A stretch of 64,000 nucleotides of DNA from the human T2T-CHM13v2.0 reference genome, Homo sapiens (GCF_009914755.1 NC_060926.1), one strand, 5' to 3'; counted from the first letter of the stretch, positions 16,616 through 39,807 are shown. The notes: generated from the sequence alone by a model not told the origin. Numbers and translations: made by a program.

Positions 16616-17102
16616 TGTAGGAATGACTTTGGTTGAAATCAACAGAATATCCAATTCAAAGTGGCTCAACCCATGTGACCCATAATATGCCACTTAGCAA
16701 AACGTCTGGAATCCCTGGAGTAGATGTGTTAGGCACAAATTTGAGGTTTCCATGGCTTTCCTCTTCTGACCACAAGATGGAGCAGCTGCTCTAAACATTA
16801 TATCCTCAGAGGGCCACATTTAAGAAGGCAGGAAGGAGGCTGGAGCAAAAGGGCTTTCTCAAGTCCCCCTAAGCAAGAATTTAAACTGGGCCCCCCAGGA
16901 GACTTCTTCTGTCAGAATTTAATTACATGTCCATCGCTAGACTGACAAAAGAAAAGTTAGAGAACCACGATTTACTTAGAACCTAAAGCTGGGCACATGG
17001 TTGCCTGGTCAGAATAGGGCTTTTATTTATGTACTTGATTTTTTTAGGTGAGAAAGAAGTGAAGTATAGCCATTGAGTAGGCTGCCAATAGTGCCTGCCA
17101 GA
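16616..17102 (-). mobile_element. MLT1 (K/L-like) MaLR LTR
   Basis: TTTGGTTGAAATCAACAGAA...TTGAGTAGGCTGCCAATAGTGCCTGCCA. Confidence 0.6.
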
Positions 17103-17819
17103 GACACTCAGGAGAGATTATATGCTAAATCCACCAGACCCTTTGTCTAAGGGCAGGACGTCACCTCTTCAGAAACTGTTTTTCTTCTTGTGGTAATTAT
17201 TAATTCTCTGCAGTGATTTAGAAGAATTCTTGTACTAAATGTCTTGCCATTAAAAGTTTGATGAGTATAGAAACTGACAGTAGAACTATTTTTAAAAGTA
17301 ATTCTACTTCTAACCCAAACTTCTTACTCTAGCTATTATTTTACCACGACGTGAGTTGTACGAATCACCTCCAATTTACATATTATGGAAGAGCCTTACA
17401 TGGAAAAGAAGAAATCATTTTCAAATTAGACATTCCATCTAGAACTGTCAGTAGCTGATTCCCATCACTGTCTTTTATTTCTTCATGCTTTTAGATGAGA
17501 GTAATCATATCTGCAGTAATTCCCAAGATAAAGTTTTCTTTTTACAGCTAATTTTATGAAGTTTTTTTAATTTCAAAGAATAAAGCAATTATTCTTTCTT
17601 TTTGAAATTGCATATCGTCCAGAAACATTAATTATTCTTTCTTTTTGAAATTGTATATCAAGTTTAGAAATATTGACTTCTTTAATTTGAAACACTAATG
17701 TCAAGTGATAGGTATAAACATCTATATTCTATCCTCTTTCTTTCAGTGTACTTCTTGTTCTTGGCAGATCCTCATTCCTACTGGATATCTGTTGCACGCC
17801 AATTATCTTAGGCTACAGC

Positions 17820-18297
17820 TGTTTACTGACAGCTGTTCTCTCTACTGCCCACCAGGCAGCCACCCTTTTGTGGCAATCCATGCCTCTGCCTCCCAAGTGG
17901 GGCTGCTTTGGCCGGGGCTTCACCCTTAGCTCAGGCACAGAGCTTCTGATCTAAATCAATCCAAAGCTTGCATTTCCAGCAAAAGTATCATTTCTTCTCA
18001 TTGGCTATGAATGAGGCTTCCATTCATCAGTCATTTTTCTGGGGACTTCTGAGGGAAAGATTCTTTCTCTGTCCTGCTAGATTTTTACCTGAGGGAATGT
18101 GAGGCCCAAAGTTGCTGCAGCCATCTTGACATCTTCAGTGGGAGCCAGTCTGAGAACAGAGGTGAGAGAGAGAGAGGGAGAGAGAGAGAGAAGCAGACCC
18201 TCGTGATACATTTCAACCTTTAAGCCAAGATAGCAGCAAGCCCTATTTCCAGACTTTTCAGTTACATAATCAAGTAAATTTGCTGCTTTGTTTAAGC
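17820..18297 (+). mobile_element. MLT1 (K/L-like) MaLR LTR
   Basis: GCTGCAGCCATCTTG...GACTTTTCAGTTACAT...TTTGTTTAAGC. Confidence 0.6.
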
Positions 18298-18299
18298 AT

Positions 18300-18478
18300 C
18301 TTTCTCTTTCCCTCTCACCTTCTGTCATGGGATGACTCAGCAAGAAGGCCCTTGCAAGATGCTGACACCTTGATATTGGACTTCCTAGCCTTCAGAACTG
18401 TGAAGAATAAATTTCTTTTCTTTATAAGTTGCCTAGTCGCTGGTATTCCCTTATAGCAGCACAAAATGGACTAAGACG
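18300..18478 (+). mobile_element. MST (C/D-like) LTR 3' part
   Basis: GGACTTCCTAGCCTTCAGAACTGTGAAGAATAAATTTC...AAATGGACTAAGAC. Confidence 0.8.
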
Positions 18479-18918
18479 GGCACGATAGATTGACCTGGCT
18501 GTGTGACTGCAATCTCTGGGCTTGGCTGAGGGCCATTTGTGCCTGGAATTGGAGGACACTGTGAAGACATTGTCCATTTCAGAAAGGCTTTGTTCCTAAG
18601 TCAGTGCCTCTGGCCTTCTCCACAGTGACCTTTGCCACACTCCACCCCAGGGGTCCACATTCTTGTCAAAGGGTGAGAAATCTTTTGTGACTGGCCATGA
18701 TGATGCCATTGTAACACAGGTGGCCAATCAGTTTATACATCTGTTTATCCCCTTAAACAGGTCATTTATTTTCATGCACAATTGAAACTGTAAGTCAAAC
18801 TCTGCTTCTTTATGGTGGTAAATAGTACGTTGATTATGCTAAAGAAAGATTATTATCGTAAGTGAACACCTGTGTCTTGTATCACAGTGGTACTACATCA
18901 GGGAAACCTGGTGGTCTG

Positions 18919-19537
<619 letters not shown>

Positions 19538-20072
19538 ATGTTTTATTTTTAATAGGAAATTTGTTCGCATGGCTGAAAGCTCAAAGGGTACAAATAAATG
19601 TTTGTGAAAACTTTCCTTCCCGCTCCTGTTTCCCAGGTGCCCAATTCTCTTCCCCAGAGCTAATCCATTTCATGCTTTTGATGTAGCCTCCCAGAGTGAC
19701 TTTATGCATATTTAAGCAAACAATGTATTATATTCCCCCTTTGCCTCAACACTGGTGTATGGACCTTCTGAGCCTTGCTCTTTTCACTGAAGATATCTTG
19801 GATGTACTTGCATGTAGTACATAAAGAGCTTCTTCATTCTTTTTGGTAGCGTCTGAGTATCCCACAATTTCATAATAGCATGATTTCATTAATGTCTGTT
19901 GATGGACATTTCAGTTGCTTTGTATCTTTGGCTCTTGAAAACAATGCTACAATAAACAATCTTGTACATATGTCATTCTGCACTTGGGTAAATATATTTT
20001 TGCAGTAAATGTCTAGACGTAAAGTTTTTGGGCCAAGGGTATATGTGTTTGTATATCCTCCCCAACACACAC

Positions 20073-20421
<349 letters not shown>

Positions 20422-20444
20422 TAGAATAAAAGTGTATGTATATA

Positions 20445-21014
<570 letters not shown>

Positions 21015-21051
21015 CTACACATACTATTCTGCACCTTGAGTTTTTAATTAA

Positions 21052-21398
<347 letters not shown>

Positions 21399-21551
21399 CA
21401 TCCTCTCCTTATCTTTAAAGTCAATATAGAATTTATTTTGAAGAGACTAATATTAGTTTTTTCATTAAAAAAATATATAGTTTACACAAAATAAAATATT
21501 TTTTACTGTACAATTCTGTAAGCTTTGACAAACATGTATATTCAGCTTGTA

Positions 21552-21846
<295 letters not shown>

Positions 21847-22088
21847 TGTATATATTCTATTGTAATTTTGATGGACATTGCAAATTGCTCCCTTGAGAAT
21901 TTCGGTCAGTTCACACTCCCACCAGCAATGCATGAGTACCTGCTTTTCTGCAGTCTTGCCGATTTAGATGTGTCATAAAACTTTTTGATCTTACCAATCT
22001 GCAGGTAAAAGTGGAATTGCATCATTTACAATTTCATTTCTCTTAGGATAAAGCTGAGCATCTTTTCATTTGTATAAAATCTGTTTAT

Positions 22089-22742
<654 letters not shown>

Positions 22743-23359
22743 CTATTTTTCTATTGTGGATTGGTCTTCATTTGTAAGGACTCCCAATAAATTGGGAAAT
22801 TTGCCCTTGTCTGTGATATAAATTGCAAAAATTTGGGAAACTTGATGTTCATAGAAACATCCAAGAAGAATTGTATTCCCTCCACAACTCATGCATAAAC
22901 CTTTCAACCATTGGGAGAACACTGCATATGCAAAGTTCCACTTCAAAACTGAGATTTGGCTTAGAAGGTTGTCATGCTTTGCAAAAAAAAAAGTGTACAC
23001 TATTGTTCTGAAACAAAGGAATGAATCTGTGCATCAACAATGTAGTTTTTGGATAACCTTTGAGGATTACAAGTTAATGTTATTATTACAAGTTTATTAT
23101 AGGTAATATAACCAATTGGGTCTCTCTGATTAAAATGTCCAAATATCCCCTGGTTCATTGCAGGCACATGGAAAGTTGAAAAGTCATCTCTATGTGCTTC
23201 CTTCCTGCCATAACTTTGCAAGATTATTACATCACATTAAAATAATAAGATCACAGTTTGGGTGATCTATCTTCAAAATGCACACGTGATATTCAACAGT
23301 GATATCTACATCTAAAAATGTAAAGGAGAAGAGTTGGGACTTAAGAAAATAAAACATTA

Positions 23360-23996
<637 letters not shown>

Positions 23997-23997
<1 letters not shown>

Positions 23998-24611
23998 TAT
24001 ATATATATATATTTATATATTATAATATATATTTATATATTATAATATATATTTATATATTATAATATATATTATATTATATATTTATATATTATAATAT
24101 ATATTATATTATAATATATATTTATATTATAATATATTATATTATAATATATATTATATTATTATATATTATAATATAATATATATTATAATATATATTA
24201 TATTATTTATATATTATATATATTATAATATATATTATATTATATATATATTTATATTATAATATATATTATTATATATTATATATTATAATTTATATTA
24301 TATTACAATATATATTATAAATATATATATTATATTATAAATATATATTTTTATATTACAATATATATTATAAATATATATTTTATATTACAATATATAT
24401 TATAAATATATATATTATATTACAATATATATTATAAATATATATTATATTACAATATATATTATAAATATATATTTATATATTACAATATATATTATAT
24501 TATAATATATATTTATATATGATATATTATATTTAATATATTATATAACATAATATATAATATATAATATATTAATATAATATATAATATAACATAATAT
24601 ATATAATATAG
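23997..24611. repeat. ~615-bp AT-rich minisatellite / (TA)n-derived array
   Basis: Almost only A/T; subunits TATTATAATATATATTTATATA and TATTACAATATATATTATAAATATATAT. Confidence 0.97.
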
Positions 24612-25062
24612 AAAATTTTAGTTGGTTTACTTGGGTAAATAAAGTTACATACAGAATACCTAGGAGAGGTGCTGGGGATGGGGTGGAAATACAGAAGAGT
24701 GACTCAGTCCTCCTTATATATGGAATAATGGGTGTAAGGATGTAATTAAGTCATCCTTTATGAGCTTGAACCAGGTGAGTAGTGATCACTGGCATTGATT
24801 TTAATTAGCCTATTCTTGATATTAAACATTTCCTATACTCTCATTATATATGACTTTCTTCAAGCATGGATAATTGATAGAAGTCATACATATTTAGAGC
24901 CTTTTTATTCCTTGATTTCTACACACACCTTGATCAGTCTGTACATGTAATGTCTATTAATCATCCCAATAATTAAGCAATAATTAGAATGAAAAATCAT
25001 GAAAAAATTCACAGACTAAATTCAGGTCTTTGAATTTACTCTGGCTTAACTGGTTTTTTGTG

Positions 25063-25535
25063 TGTAACTGGCTCATTGAACAGGCAGGACTTGTGTTTTG
25101 TGGCCATAGAAGCAACTTTATTTTTATCTCCTACTTTCCCTTTAAAGCTGTTCAGTGCAGGAAGCCCTTGCCTTCCCTTCTGGATGAAAACTCAAGCATT
25201 TTCATCACATCTCTGGTCACTCCTGGGTAATAAAAATCCTTACAATCCCTTTAGTTCACATTCACAGGCCGAGCATAGTGATTCACCTTCGCCCTTCCTT
25301 CAGCTGGGGCCTGTTGCAGGTGAGAGGCTGTGATCCAGGAAAGGTGGGAGGGGTCAACTGCTGCTCTTTTTTTCACTGTCACCCTCCCTTCCCCAGACTC
25401 CCTCCCAGCTAGATGCTGTCTGTTAGGAACTTTTACCAGGAGCTAGGACAGAAAGGACATGGTAGGAAGGAGAGGAGAAGTGGCAAGACAAGAAAGTACT
25501 TACCGAGCTGGTCCACTCTCTGGGCTAAAGGGACA
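25063..25535 (-). mobile_element. Ancient LTR 3' part (LTR78-like, tentative)
   Basis: Minus strand ends AATAAAGTTGCTT...GTTCAATGAGCCAGTTACA. Confidence 0.4.
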
Positions 25536-25539
25536 CACA

Positions 25540-27185
<1,646 letters not shown>

Positions 27186-27318
27186 AACATTAGTGCCAGC
27201 TCATTTTTCATCTTCAGTTGCTTTGTCATTTTTTTCCTTGAACTCTTGTATCTCTGCTTTGAGTGCTTGTTATATAGAGATTATTTTTACTTTAGTTCCT
27301 AGAGTTTATGGAGATTTA

Positions 27319-28259
<941 letters not shown>

Positions 28260-28466
28260 TCATGATTTTCACCAGTTTTGAGGCAAGATGTTTCTGTATT
28301 CTTTACCTGCCAGTTGTTTCCCTATTGATTTCCTCCTTTCTCCTTCTTGTATTTTCCTAAAGATTTGTGTGCTGTTTCTCTTTTAGTTACTTCTCACCTT
28401 TGAATGAGGGCACTTTTCCTGCAGGGTTGACACACACTATTTCCAATGGGCAACATCCAAATTGTC

Positions 28467-28485
28467 TTCTCTCCAGGGGGCGCCA
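28467..28485 (+). promoter_or_regulatory. Candidate CTCF site
   Basis: TCTCCAGGGGGCGCCA vs core CCASYAGRKGGCRS. Confidence 0.5.
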
Positions 28486-29344
28486 TTGACGTGGAATACA
28501 ACATGAATAGCGTCTCCTAGAGCCCCTGCCTCCTAGACAGCCTCTTTGCTATGGGAGGCACCAGAGCAGAGTGGCAAACCCCTACCTGAGTCCCCATGAT
28601 CCCAGCAGGGATTCATATGTGTGCTTGTGTGAGCTGGTTTACCCTTTGCTCTTCTACAGAGAGAGGCTAGCATCTGCAGGGCTGCTTATGACTGATAGCT
28701 GTCCCTCCACGCTGTGTCATCACGGTGCCAAGAGTCTTTCCTCACCCTGGTGCCCCTGCCCCTTTGTGGTCTCAAATGGGGTCCAAGGGAGCCTCAATAA
28801 CTGGCCTGCACAAAAGCTTGTTCTAAGCCAGATATTTTGGTTTTGCATCCCAGAGTATCCACTTGTGTTGGACAGTTTGAGTCCTGCCAGCTGTGCCTGC
28901 AATATGCAATCTCTAGCTATTGGTTTGGATCTCCTTCTTACCTTAATTGGATTATCACCATAGAAGACAGCCTTCCTTCACATATATTAAAGTTCCAGGT
29001 AAAAGCAGCTTAGTCATTTCATCAAGATAAAGTTTCTTCTTGTTGCTTTCAGGTGATTTAAAATATTTTGTTCTCACACACAATGCTGCAACTGTACATA
29101 ACTCAGCTTCTATATATGCAAGTGTATCTGCAGAACAAATGCCTATAATTAGAATACTGGTTAAAAAGGTAAGTGCCTTTATAATTTAAATAAATACTAC
29201 CAACATACCCTTCCAGACATTTTACCAATTTATATTCCCATTGGTAACCATGCCCATTTCCCCAGACCCTTGCCTCAGATAACAGAGATATAAGTGCACT
29301 TAACAGTATAAAGGAAAACCCTAAGACTGATACTATAATTAATT

Positions 29345-29830
29345 ACGTTGGGTCAGATTCTTGGTTTCAACAATAAAGTTTATACTAACTAGCTTAGGCA
29401 GAAAGGGATTTATTAAGTAGCTCATATAAGCATTGGAAGGGCTGGAAGAACAGGCTCTCAGCTGAGCTTCCAGTAACAACTCTCAGAACCATAGTGTGGA
29501 ACCGGCCTGGTGAGATGGCTGCTGCCATGGCCATATCCAGGACGATATTCCCTCTAAGCGAGCTGCTCCTCCAACTGCAGAAACACGTCCCCCTGCTGCA
29601 CAGAACACTCTTCACTCAGAGAGCTGCGTGGCTCCCTCCCTGGGCCAATTTCCAGTAGGTATTCCTGCCCGAGTCTCAGCTCAGGCCCCACAGTTGGCTA
29701 GTCTCTTCTGCCTGAAGTCGATTCAGTTGGGTTTTTCAGACATTGCTGAGTCCAGCTTTGTGGGAGGCTCTGTGCCATACAGCTGGCCTGACCATTGCCC
29801 ATGGGAAGCCAGCTCAAGGGGGAAAGCCTG
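29345..29830 (-). mobile_element. Old MaLR LTR (MLT1M/N/O-like)
   Basis: CAGATTCTTGGTTTCAA...GCAGAAAGGGATTTATT...GGAAGGGCTGGAAGAACAGGCT. Confidence 0.5.
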
Positions 29831-30295
29831 AAGGCTTTGAGCACTTATCCCAAAGGTGAAGATGTAGCTCATCAAGGCACCTGGTATAAACAGCCTGATC
29901 TTCATGATTTTACCCTCACCGGGTCTTCCGAACCTCCCTCCTGTTTAAATGCCCCAAAGTCACTCACCTGTGAGGCAGTGACATGTGCCAGGCCGTATGC
30001 CAAATGCCAGACAGACAAAGATGAAACAGGGAAAGAGGAAAAAAAATCTCACTACCTCTCACCAGAGCAGGTGAAATGAAGCACATTGCCAAAGGTCAGA
30101 TATTGGTTTAGAGCCAGAGAAAAAATAAGATGAAAAAAGCCAGTAAAATTTCTCCTATCTGGTTGGGAGAGTTGAGTGTGTGTGGCAGGGAAACCCTGGA
30201 TCATGGAGGGAAATGTGATTGGAATCTGTGATCAGAGAGCAGGGTGCTGGGAGGCCCTGGGGGCTGTAGGAAATGAGTTCTGGGATATTGAGTTG

Positions 30296-30528
30296 AGCTC
30301 TTCAATACGGTACCCACTACCTATGTGCAGCTATTGGGCACTTGAAATGTAGCTGGTGCCGTATGTTGAAATGACAATATTTTAAATATATTAGGTTAAA
30401 TAAAACACATTAATAAAATGCATTATTAACATTGATTTTATTTATTCTTTTTATACCTTTTTAATGTGATATTAGGGAATTAAAAATTATATATATGGCT
30501 TGCATTCTATTTCTATTGGACAGTGCTG
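30296..30528 (-). mobile_element. MER33 (hAT) with internal deletion
   Basis: CAATACGGTACCCACTA...GCACTTGAAATGTAGCT and terminal TTCTATTGGACAGTGCTG. Confidence 0.75.
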
Positions 30529-30607
30529 AGCTAGACAATCAAGAGAAAAATCAATGGAATGGAAGCCTTTGCATCTCTTCTTTTGCTCTCTCTGCCCCTT
30601 TCCTGCC

Positions 30608-30608
30608 T

Positions 30609-30641
<33 letters not shown>

Positions 30642-30920
30642 GAGATGGAGTTTCAGTCTGTTCCCCAGGCTAGAGTGCAGTGGCACAACCTTGGCTCACT
30701 GCAACCTCTGCCTCCCGGATTCAAGCGATTATGCCTCAACGTCTTGGGTAGCTGGAATTACAGGTGTCTGCCACCACGCCCAGCTAATTTTTGCATTTTC
30801 AGTAGAGACAGGGTTTCACCATGTTGGCCAGCCTGGTCTTGAACTCCTGACCTCAAATGATCTGCCTGTCTTGGCCTCCCAAAGTGCTGGGATTACAGGC
30901 GTGAGTCACCGCACCTGGCC
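30608..30920 (-). mobile_element. AluS with (TC)n tail
   Basis: Antisense dimer. Confidence 0.93.
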
Positions 30921-31050
30921 AAAGTTCACGGATTTAAATGTTAATCTCATTCAAAAAACACCTGCACATAAAACATCCAGAATAATGTTTGACAAAATAT
31001 CTGAGCACCATGGCCCACCCAAGCCGGCACATAAAATTAACCACCATGTG
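30921..31050 (-). mobile_element. MLT2 (C/D-like) LTR 5' end
   Basis: TTAAATGTTAATCTCAT...CACATAAAATTAACCACCA. Confidence 0.75.
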
Positions 31051-31572
31051 GGGATGTAAGACAACAGGGAGTGGGGGAGCTAGGGCTAACTAGAGACTTC
31101 ATGCCCCTCCCAGGACACAGAAAAACCACGCATTGAAGCTAATACAAACACAGAAGCAAAAAAAACACTAATGCAGACGAAATTTGGTCCCAAGTCCCTA
31201 GAGCCTTAATAATGAATGGCCTTGGGCTTAGAGACTCAGTGTTTAAATACGTCAGTGTCTTCAACCTTCACCTAACATTACTCATGCTACCTGCCTGCCC
31301 CATGGTAATTCCTGGCTTTAATGCTTTTCTACTTTTAAAACAACTAGGTGGTTTTTTTTCTCCAGGAACTAGGAGAATCATTTTCTGAGAAGGAAGAGTG
31401 GGCTCCACCTAATTGTGTATGGAGTTGACTGTCAAGTCCAGATTCCAACACAGAATCAAAAGATGCTGAGAATATCTTGTGTTGAGCTCTCCCTGACTTG
31501 TAACTTGCCTTTAGGGAGTTAATTTGATTCGAGGGCTAGTATCCATAATATTTGTAATCACCTGTTATTTAA

Positions 31573-31953
<381 letters not shown>

Positions 31954-33024
31954 TAATCATACAGACTCCCCAGTGGGTTCATCCTTTTCCCAAATCTGCA
32001 CACCACGTTAATGCACTCTGTGGGGAGATTATTTTTAGTCATCAAATTCCTTAACATGTTGGTGATGAATTTTCTGCTACAGAATTTTTTCTTTTTTTTT
32101 TTTTTTGCATTTAAAAAAATCAAATCACAGCATGGCTTTCATCTGGGAACCACATGTCTAGGAAAGTAATTATTTCAAACCCAAGGGCACAACCAACTGT
32201 AGCTAAAATGGATTCAGTTTTTGGTTCTGTCATACCTGCTCAGAAAGCACTGTGCTCTCAACAAACTCACTGTGCTACATACACATTGGGCAGTGTCCAC
32301 CAGCCTCAAAAATGTCTTCCTAAATGACTGATATTGGGGACCTGAAGTTTGAGGGAGTTTGTAGTCTCTGGAAATGGAGAACAGGAACCAGGTAAAGCTG
32401 TCGATTTTGCGGGATTCTGAAGTGATGGGATGCAGATGCAAGAACACAGAACTACAGGAGAATTTTACAAAATCTGCTATCTGTATTGTTGTTGACTGTG
32501 CTATGAAAGGAAATTAGATGGTAAGTTCCTTCATGGAAAGGAAGTAACTTATCCTTAGCACATACTTGCTTAGAACAGGTGATTTCATGATGAAAGGAAA
32601 TAAAACCTTGACCTCGCAAAGAAAAAAACCTAGTGTCTCTTGTGTCTGCATTTCAATCAATCATCATGGAATGAGGGCAGAGAAGGATAATTATACTCCT
32701 TAAAGAGTAATTCAACTAAACTTGGTGTCTGTGTTTATGAACATCATGTAGGTAAGTGTCAGCTTCCTCAGAAAGGCATTTTCCCAATGGAAAAAGCTGT
32801 AGACTGAAGGGGAAGACTTGGATCTTGATTCTGAGACTTGTACATGTTTGACCTTGAATATGCCACCAAATGTCCCCAAGACTCAGTGTATTCTGTAGAA
32901 ATCAATTGTGAAAATATAATGGGCACACGGACTAGTGCATTCATTCAGGACAGCAATCCAACCTTCCCCAGAGAAGCTGAGTGACAGGAGCCTTTTTGGC
33001 CCTGCAGCCCCCAAGAGAAGCTCA

Positions 33025-33390
<366 letters not shown>

Positions 33391-34140
33391 CTAAAATATG
33401 AAGGGTCCTTATCACAAAACACTCTGTAGCAATTAGAAGTGATGAATTAGATATACGGAGCAACATGGATGAACTACAATTCATAGTACGGTGTGAATAA
33501 ATGAGAGATAGAACAATATCATGTTGGCTAGTTAAAATCACATTCATGGAACAACCCACGTATCTATCAAAGATAAATAACTCTCTCTGAGGACATATTC
33601 CAAACATACTAGAGAGGATGCCTATGGAAGTGAAGATTGAGGAAATGGCAATATAAAATACGAGAGGGGCCCCTTGTCCAGAACCAATGACAAGAATGTG
33701 GCAAGCAAACACCTCTGGCCTAACCAGAAGCACAGCAAAAACTGTCCTTCCTCACCCCCTCAGAGTGGGAATTGCTTCACCCCTTCTGCTTGCTATCACG
33801 GAGTTTCTTGTTTTTAAACTGTTCTCTGGGAGTCCCTGGCCATGGCTTTTCCTACACTCTGTTAAGTGATACCATCGATAAAACTTAGAGCTCATGTACA
33901 GTTTGCAAATATCCTTTTGTTCTTTAGATTTTCCTAGTCAAATTAAGTATTAGATGTGGATATGAAGTAATGAGTTTTTAAGCTTCTTCCAAATGAATGT
34001 TATTTCTTTCAAAGCAGTCATAGTTTCCAGCAGTTCTGCCAAAGCTTGAAACATTTTTGGAACTGTGTGTGTGTGTGTCTGTGTGTGTGCATGCACATTC
34101 ACATTGTGTGTGCATGTGTGTGTGTGTACAATGTGCTTAA

Positions 34141-34450
<310 letters not shown>

Positions 34451-34479
34451 TCAAACTTTGTATTATTTTCAAATCTAGT

Positions 34480-35210
<731 letters not shown>

Positions 35211-35339
35211 CTGGAGTATGAGGAACTCAGATCTCTGCCCCTGAGGTCCAAAAAATAAGCAACTTAAGTATAAGAGGTTATTGTAGATTTTCTCCTTTGT
35301 TAATTGGCTTATTCTTTTATTACATCACTTCATTGCTAA

Positions 35340-35676
<337 letters not shown>

Positions 35677-36829
35677 ATACATATCCCTATTTATAAAGTA
35701 TCTGTTTTTCCTACTAAGCTATGGGCCTCTGGAAAGAAAGAACTATGTTTTAAATTTTTCATATTCCCTAGAGGATTTAGCATAAAACTTTGATATTCTG
35801 AATATTAGATATATATTGTTATCAGATTGAACGGAATCTGATTGGTATGAATAAGTGTGTTTGCGTAAGTGTGTGTGTGTGTGCGCGCATTACAGGTATA
35901 GTGAGAGACAGACAAGCAGAGAAAACACATTTGTATGGGCCTGTGTGGGTACATTTTGTGCCAGTGATTTTTAGACTGATTTTGAGGGTCTGCTTACATT
36001 TAGAAAGTACAAATTTGGACAGAGATCAAGTTTCTGGGCCATGTTGTCATAACAACCTAAGTTCTGCAGGACCTAAAATAACTCAGACAAAACGTGATAA
36101 GGTCATGGACTTAAGATGGTCTATACCCAATGTACATGATACTCTGCTCTTTTTTACGTGAAGAACAGTGACATAAAGGAGTTAAAGGGGGATAAGGCCA
36201 CAAAAACCATGGTTACCCCAATCTTTAACTGGAGTAGGCTGAACTTCTTGAGGACTGACCCCGTGTCCTGCTGATTTTTCTCTGCAGTGACTAACACAGT
36301 GCATCATAATGCATAGGGAACACTTAACGAAAGCTTGCTAAGTGATGGACTAAATGAAAAACTGAAGAAATGAAAAGTAATGAGATTGATTCTTTTATAT
36401 GACTCATGAATTGGCTCAGAAGCCATTGGCTCCGAAGAAACTCAGTTGAAGAGTTCCAAAAACGCAGCATCGTTGACCTAAGTGTGTGGTCTCTATAGAA
36501 CACATTTTCAGCCGTAGAATGTGGCATTGCTATCCATCAAGTCGCCATCTTTCAGACTCTCAGGCTAGAAACTTTAGAAGCTGTCATGAGTCATCCACCG
36601 TTCTTCCCTTCCACATCTAAGCAGTCATTAAGTCCTGCCAGGTTTACCTCAGGAATAGCCTCAGCCCACAGTGCCTCCTTGTCTAATATCTAGACAATAG
36701 ATGCTAGTCTCTCCCGTTTGCAATCAATCCTTCCCCAACTCCCCAAAGTTATTCCCCTGTAACCAGTATATTAAACAAGATGGATTTGGGATGGCTCAAA
36801 CAGAAAGCACTTGTCCTATCTTATAACTA

Positions 36830-37869
<1,040 letters not shown>

Positions 37870-37919
37870 GAATGTCCCTACTCTCTCAAATCTTTCTTCC
37901 CTACCCATCCATGGTTGTC

Positions 37920-38215
37920 TCTTTTTTCTTTTGAGACAGGGTCTCGCTCTGTCATGCAGGCTGGAGTGCAGTGGTGCAATCATGACTCACTGTAGCTTTG
38001 ACCTCCTAGGCTCTGCTGAGCCTCTCACCTCAACCTCCCAAGTAGCTGGGACCACAGGCATGCACCACCACACCCAGCTAATTTTTGTATTTTTTTGTAA
38101 AGACAGGGTTTCCTCATTTTACTCAGGCTGGTCTCCAACTCCACGGCCCAAGTGATCTGCCCACCTCGGCCTCCCAAAGTGCTGGGATTACAGGCGTGAG
38201 ACATGGCACCCAGCC
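37920..38215 (-). mobile_element. AluJ
   Basis: Antisense dimer. Confidence 0.92.
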
Positions 38216-38310
38216 CCTACCCATGGTTTTCCGTTTATCATCAGGTATTGAAAAGTTCAGTCCAATCAAATATCAAAATTTTAATTTCTTATCCAAATTA
38301 AAGTTCTCCC

Positions 38311-39080
38311 TGTCACTAGTGTGAGCAAACTTAGGCTTGCAAGCATATAGGGAAGAAGGGGGTTCCAGTCATTGTCTTCTCTTTGTTTCTCCTCCTCTTG
38401 CATTAGCTGGGCCCAGGAGAGAGGGGATTAAAGAAACAGAGGCCTTCAGTGGCTCTTGAGTTGTAATCACAGCACCCTTGGTAAGTAGCAGATCTAACGG
38501 GTATTTCTCTAGTGAGGTGCTTTTGAGAATTTGTTTAGAGACCCTTCCTCCTTTGGCCCTCCTACTAAGCATTCCCTTGACTTGGACAGTGCCCATTTTA
38601 GCTAGGCTCTTCCATTCTCCCCTTTATGACTTGAATTCCAGTTGACCATCCCGCATAGTGTTTCTTATGTTGGAATCATCCAGAAGGTCCTCTTAGATAG
38701 GGTCTGTAAGATGACTCAAGTCCAGCTTTCTTCCTCATGTCCCCCTGGCACAAACTTCCCCACTGTTTCTGCAAGTGTGGCTTGTTCCTTCTGGGTCCCC
38801 TGGCTTTGCTCTACTGCCACCCACCAGCCTTCCACTCAAGAACTTTTTCCACTGATATCAGAACGCAGCCTCTCTGTCCCTTCTCTTAGGAAGCCTGGAG
38901 ATGGGTGAAGGTCTAACCATGGCAGAACTGGCACAAGGCCACTCTCTTTGCAAGTCCTGCCTGGACAGTCTTGTACCTCACTTAGGATGTGGAGGAGGGA
39001 CTGAAACCTATTGTTCTCAGTTTTGAAGCCTCAGCCAAAACTCTGAGAAAGGAAAAGCCCTATTTTAACATGCTGTTACA
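38311..39080 (-). mobile_element. Possible ancient solo LTR (LTR78/79-like)
   Basis: TG...CA bounded 770-bp block (TGTCACTAG...GCTGTTACA); family from weak recall. Confidence 0.35.
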
Positions 39081-39137
39081 TTCCTTTAAAAACATCACAT
39101 ATTGTTTTGTTTTGTTTTAATTAACTGTTCCAAGTTT

Positions 39138-39476
<339 letters not shown>

Positions 39477-39519
39477 TAACTGTTCCAAGTTTACAATGTT
39501 TGATTTTTGAAGTCCAGAC

Positions 39520-39690
39520 TCAGAACAGACATCTAAGTGGATCACTGGACCCCCAGCATTTTGCAAATGAGGAAGTGAAACCCAAGGAAGTTCCCTGATT
39601 TATGGAAGATCAAACAGCTGGTAATGACTGAAACAGAACTTGATCCTAGATCTTTGGCTTCCAGATCTTACGTTCTTCCTACCACATTGT
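39520..39690 (-). mobile_element. MIR
   Basis: CATTTTGCAAATGAGGAAGTGAAACCCAAG...ACAGCTGGTAATGAC. Confidence 0.7.
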
Positions 39691-39807
39691 CCTGCCTGAA
39701 ATGCCTCTCCTTAAAGGTACCAGAGACATTTGCTCCTGATAAAGCTACTTGTATGTAAGGGTCAACTGAAAATAATATAAACTTTTAATGATTTTCAAAA
39801 AGCCTAG

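Noticed and set aside
32200-32760. Plus-strand donor-like sites (ATG|GTAAGT at about 32521, TAG|GTAAGT at about 32751)
   Set aside because: No convincing paired acceptor or reading frame; expected by chance.
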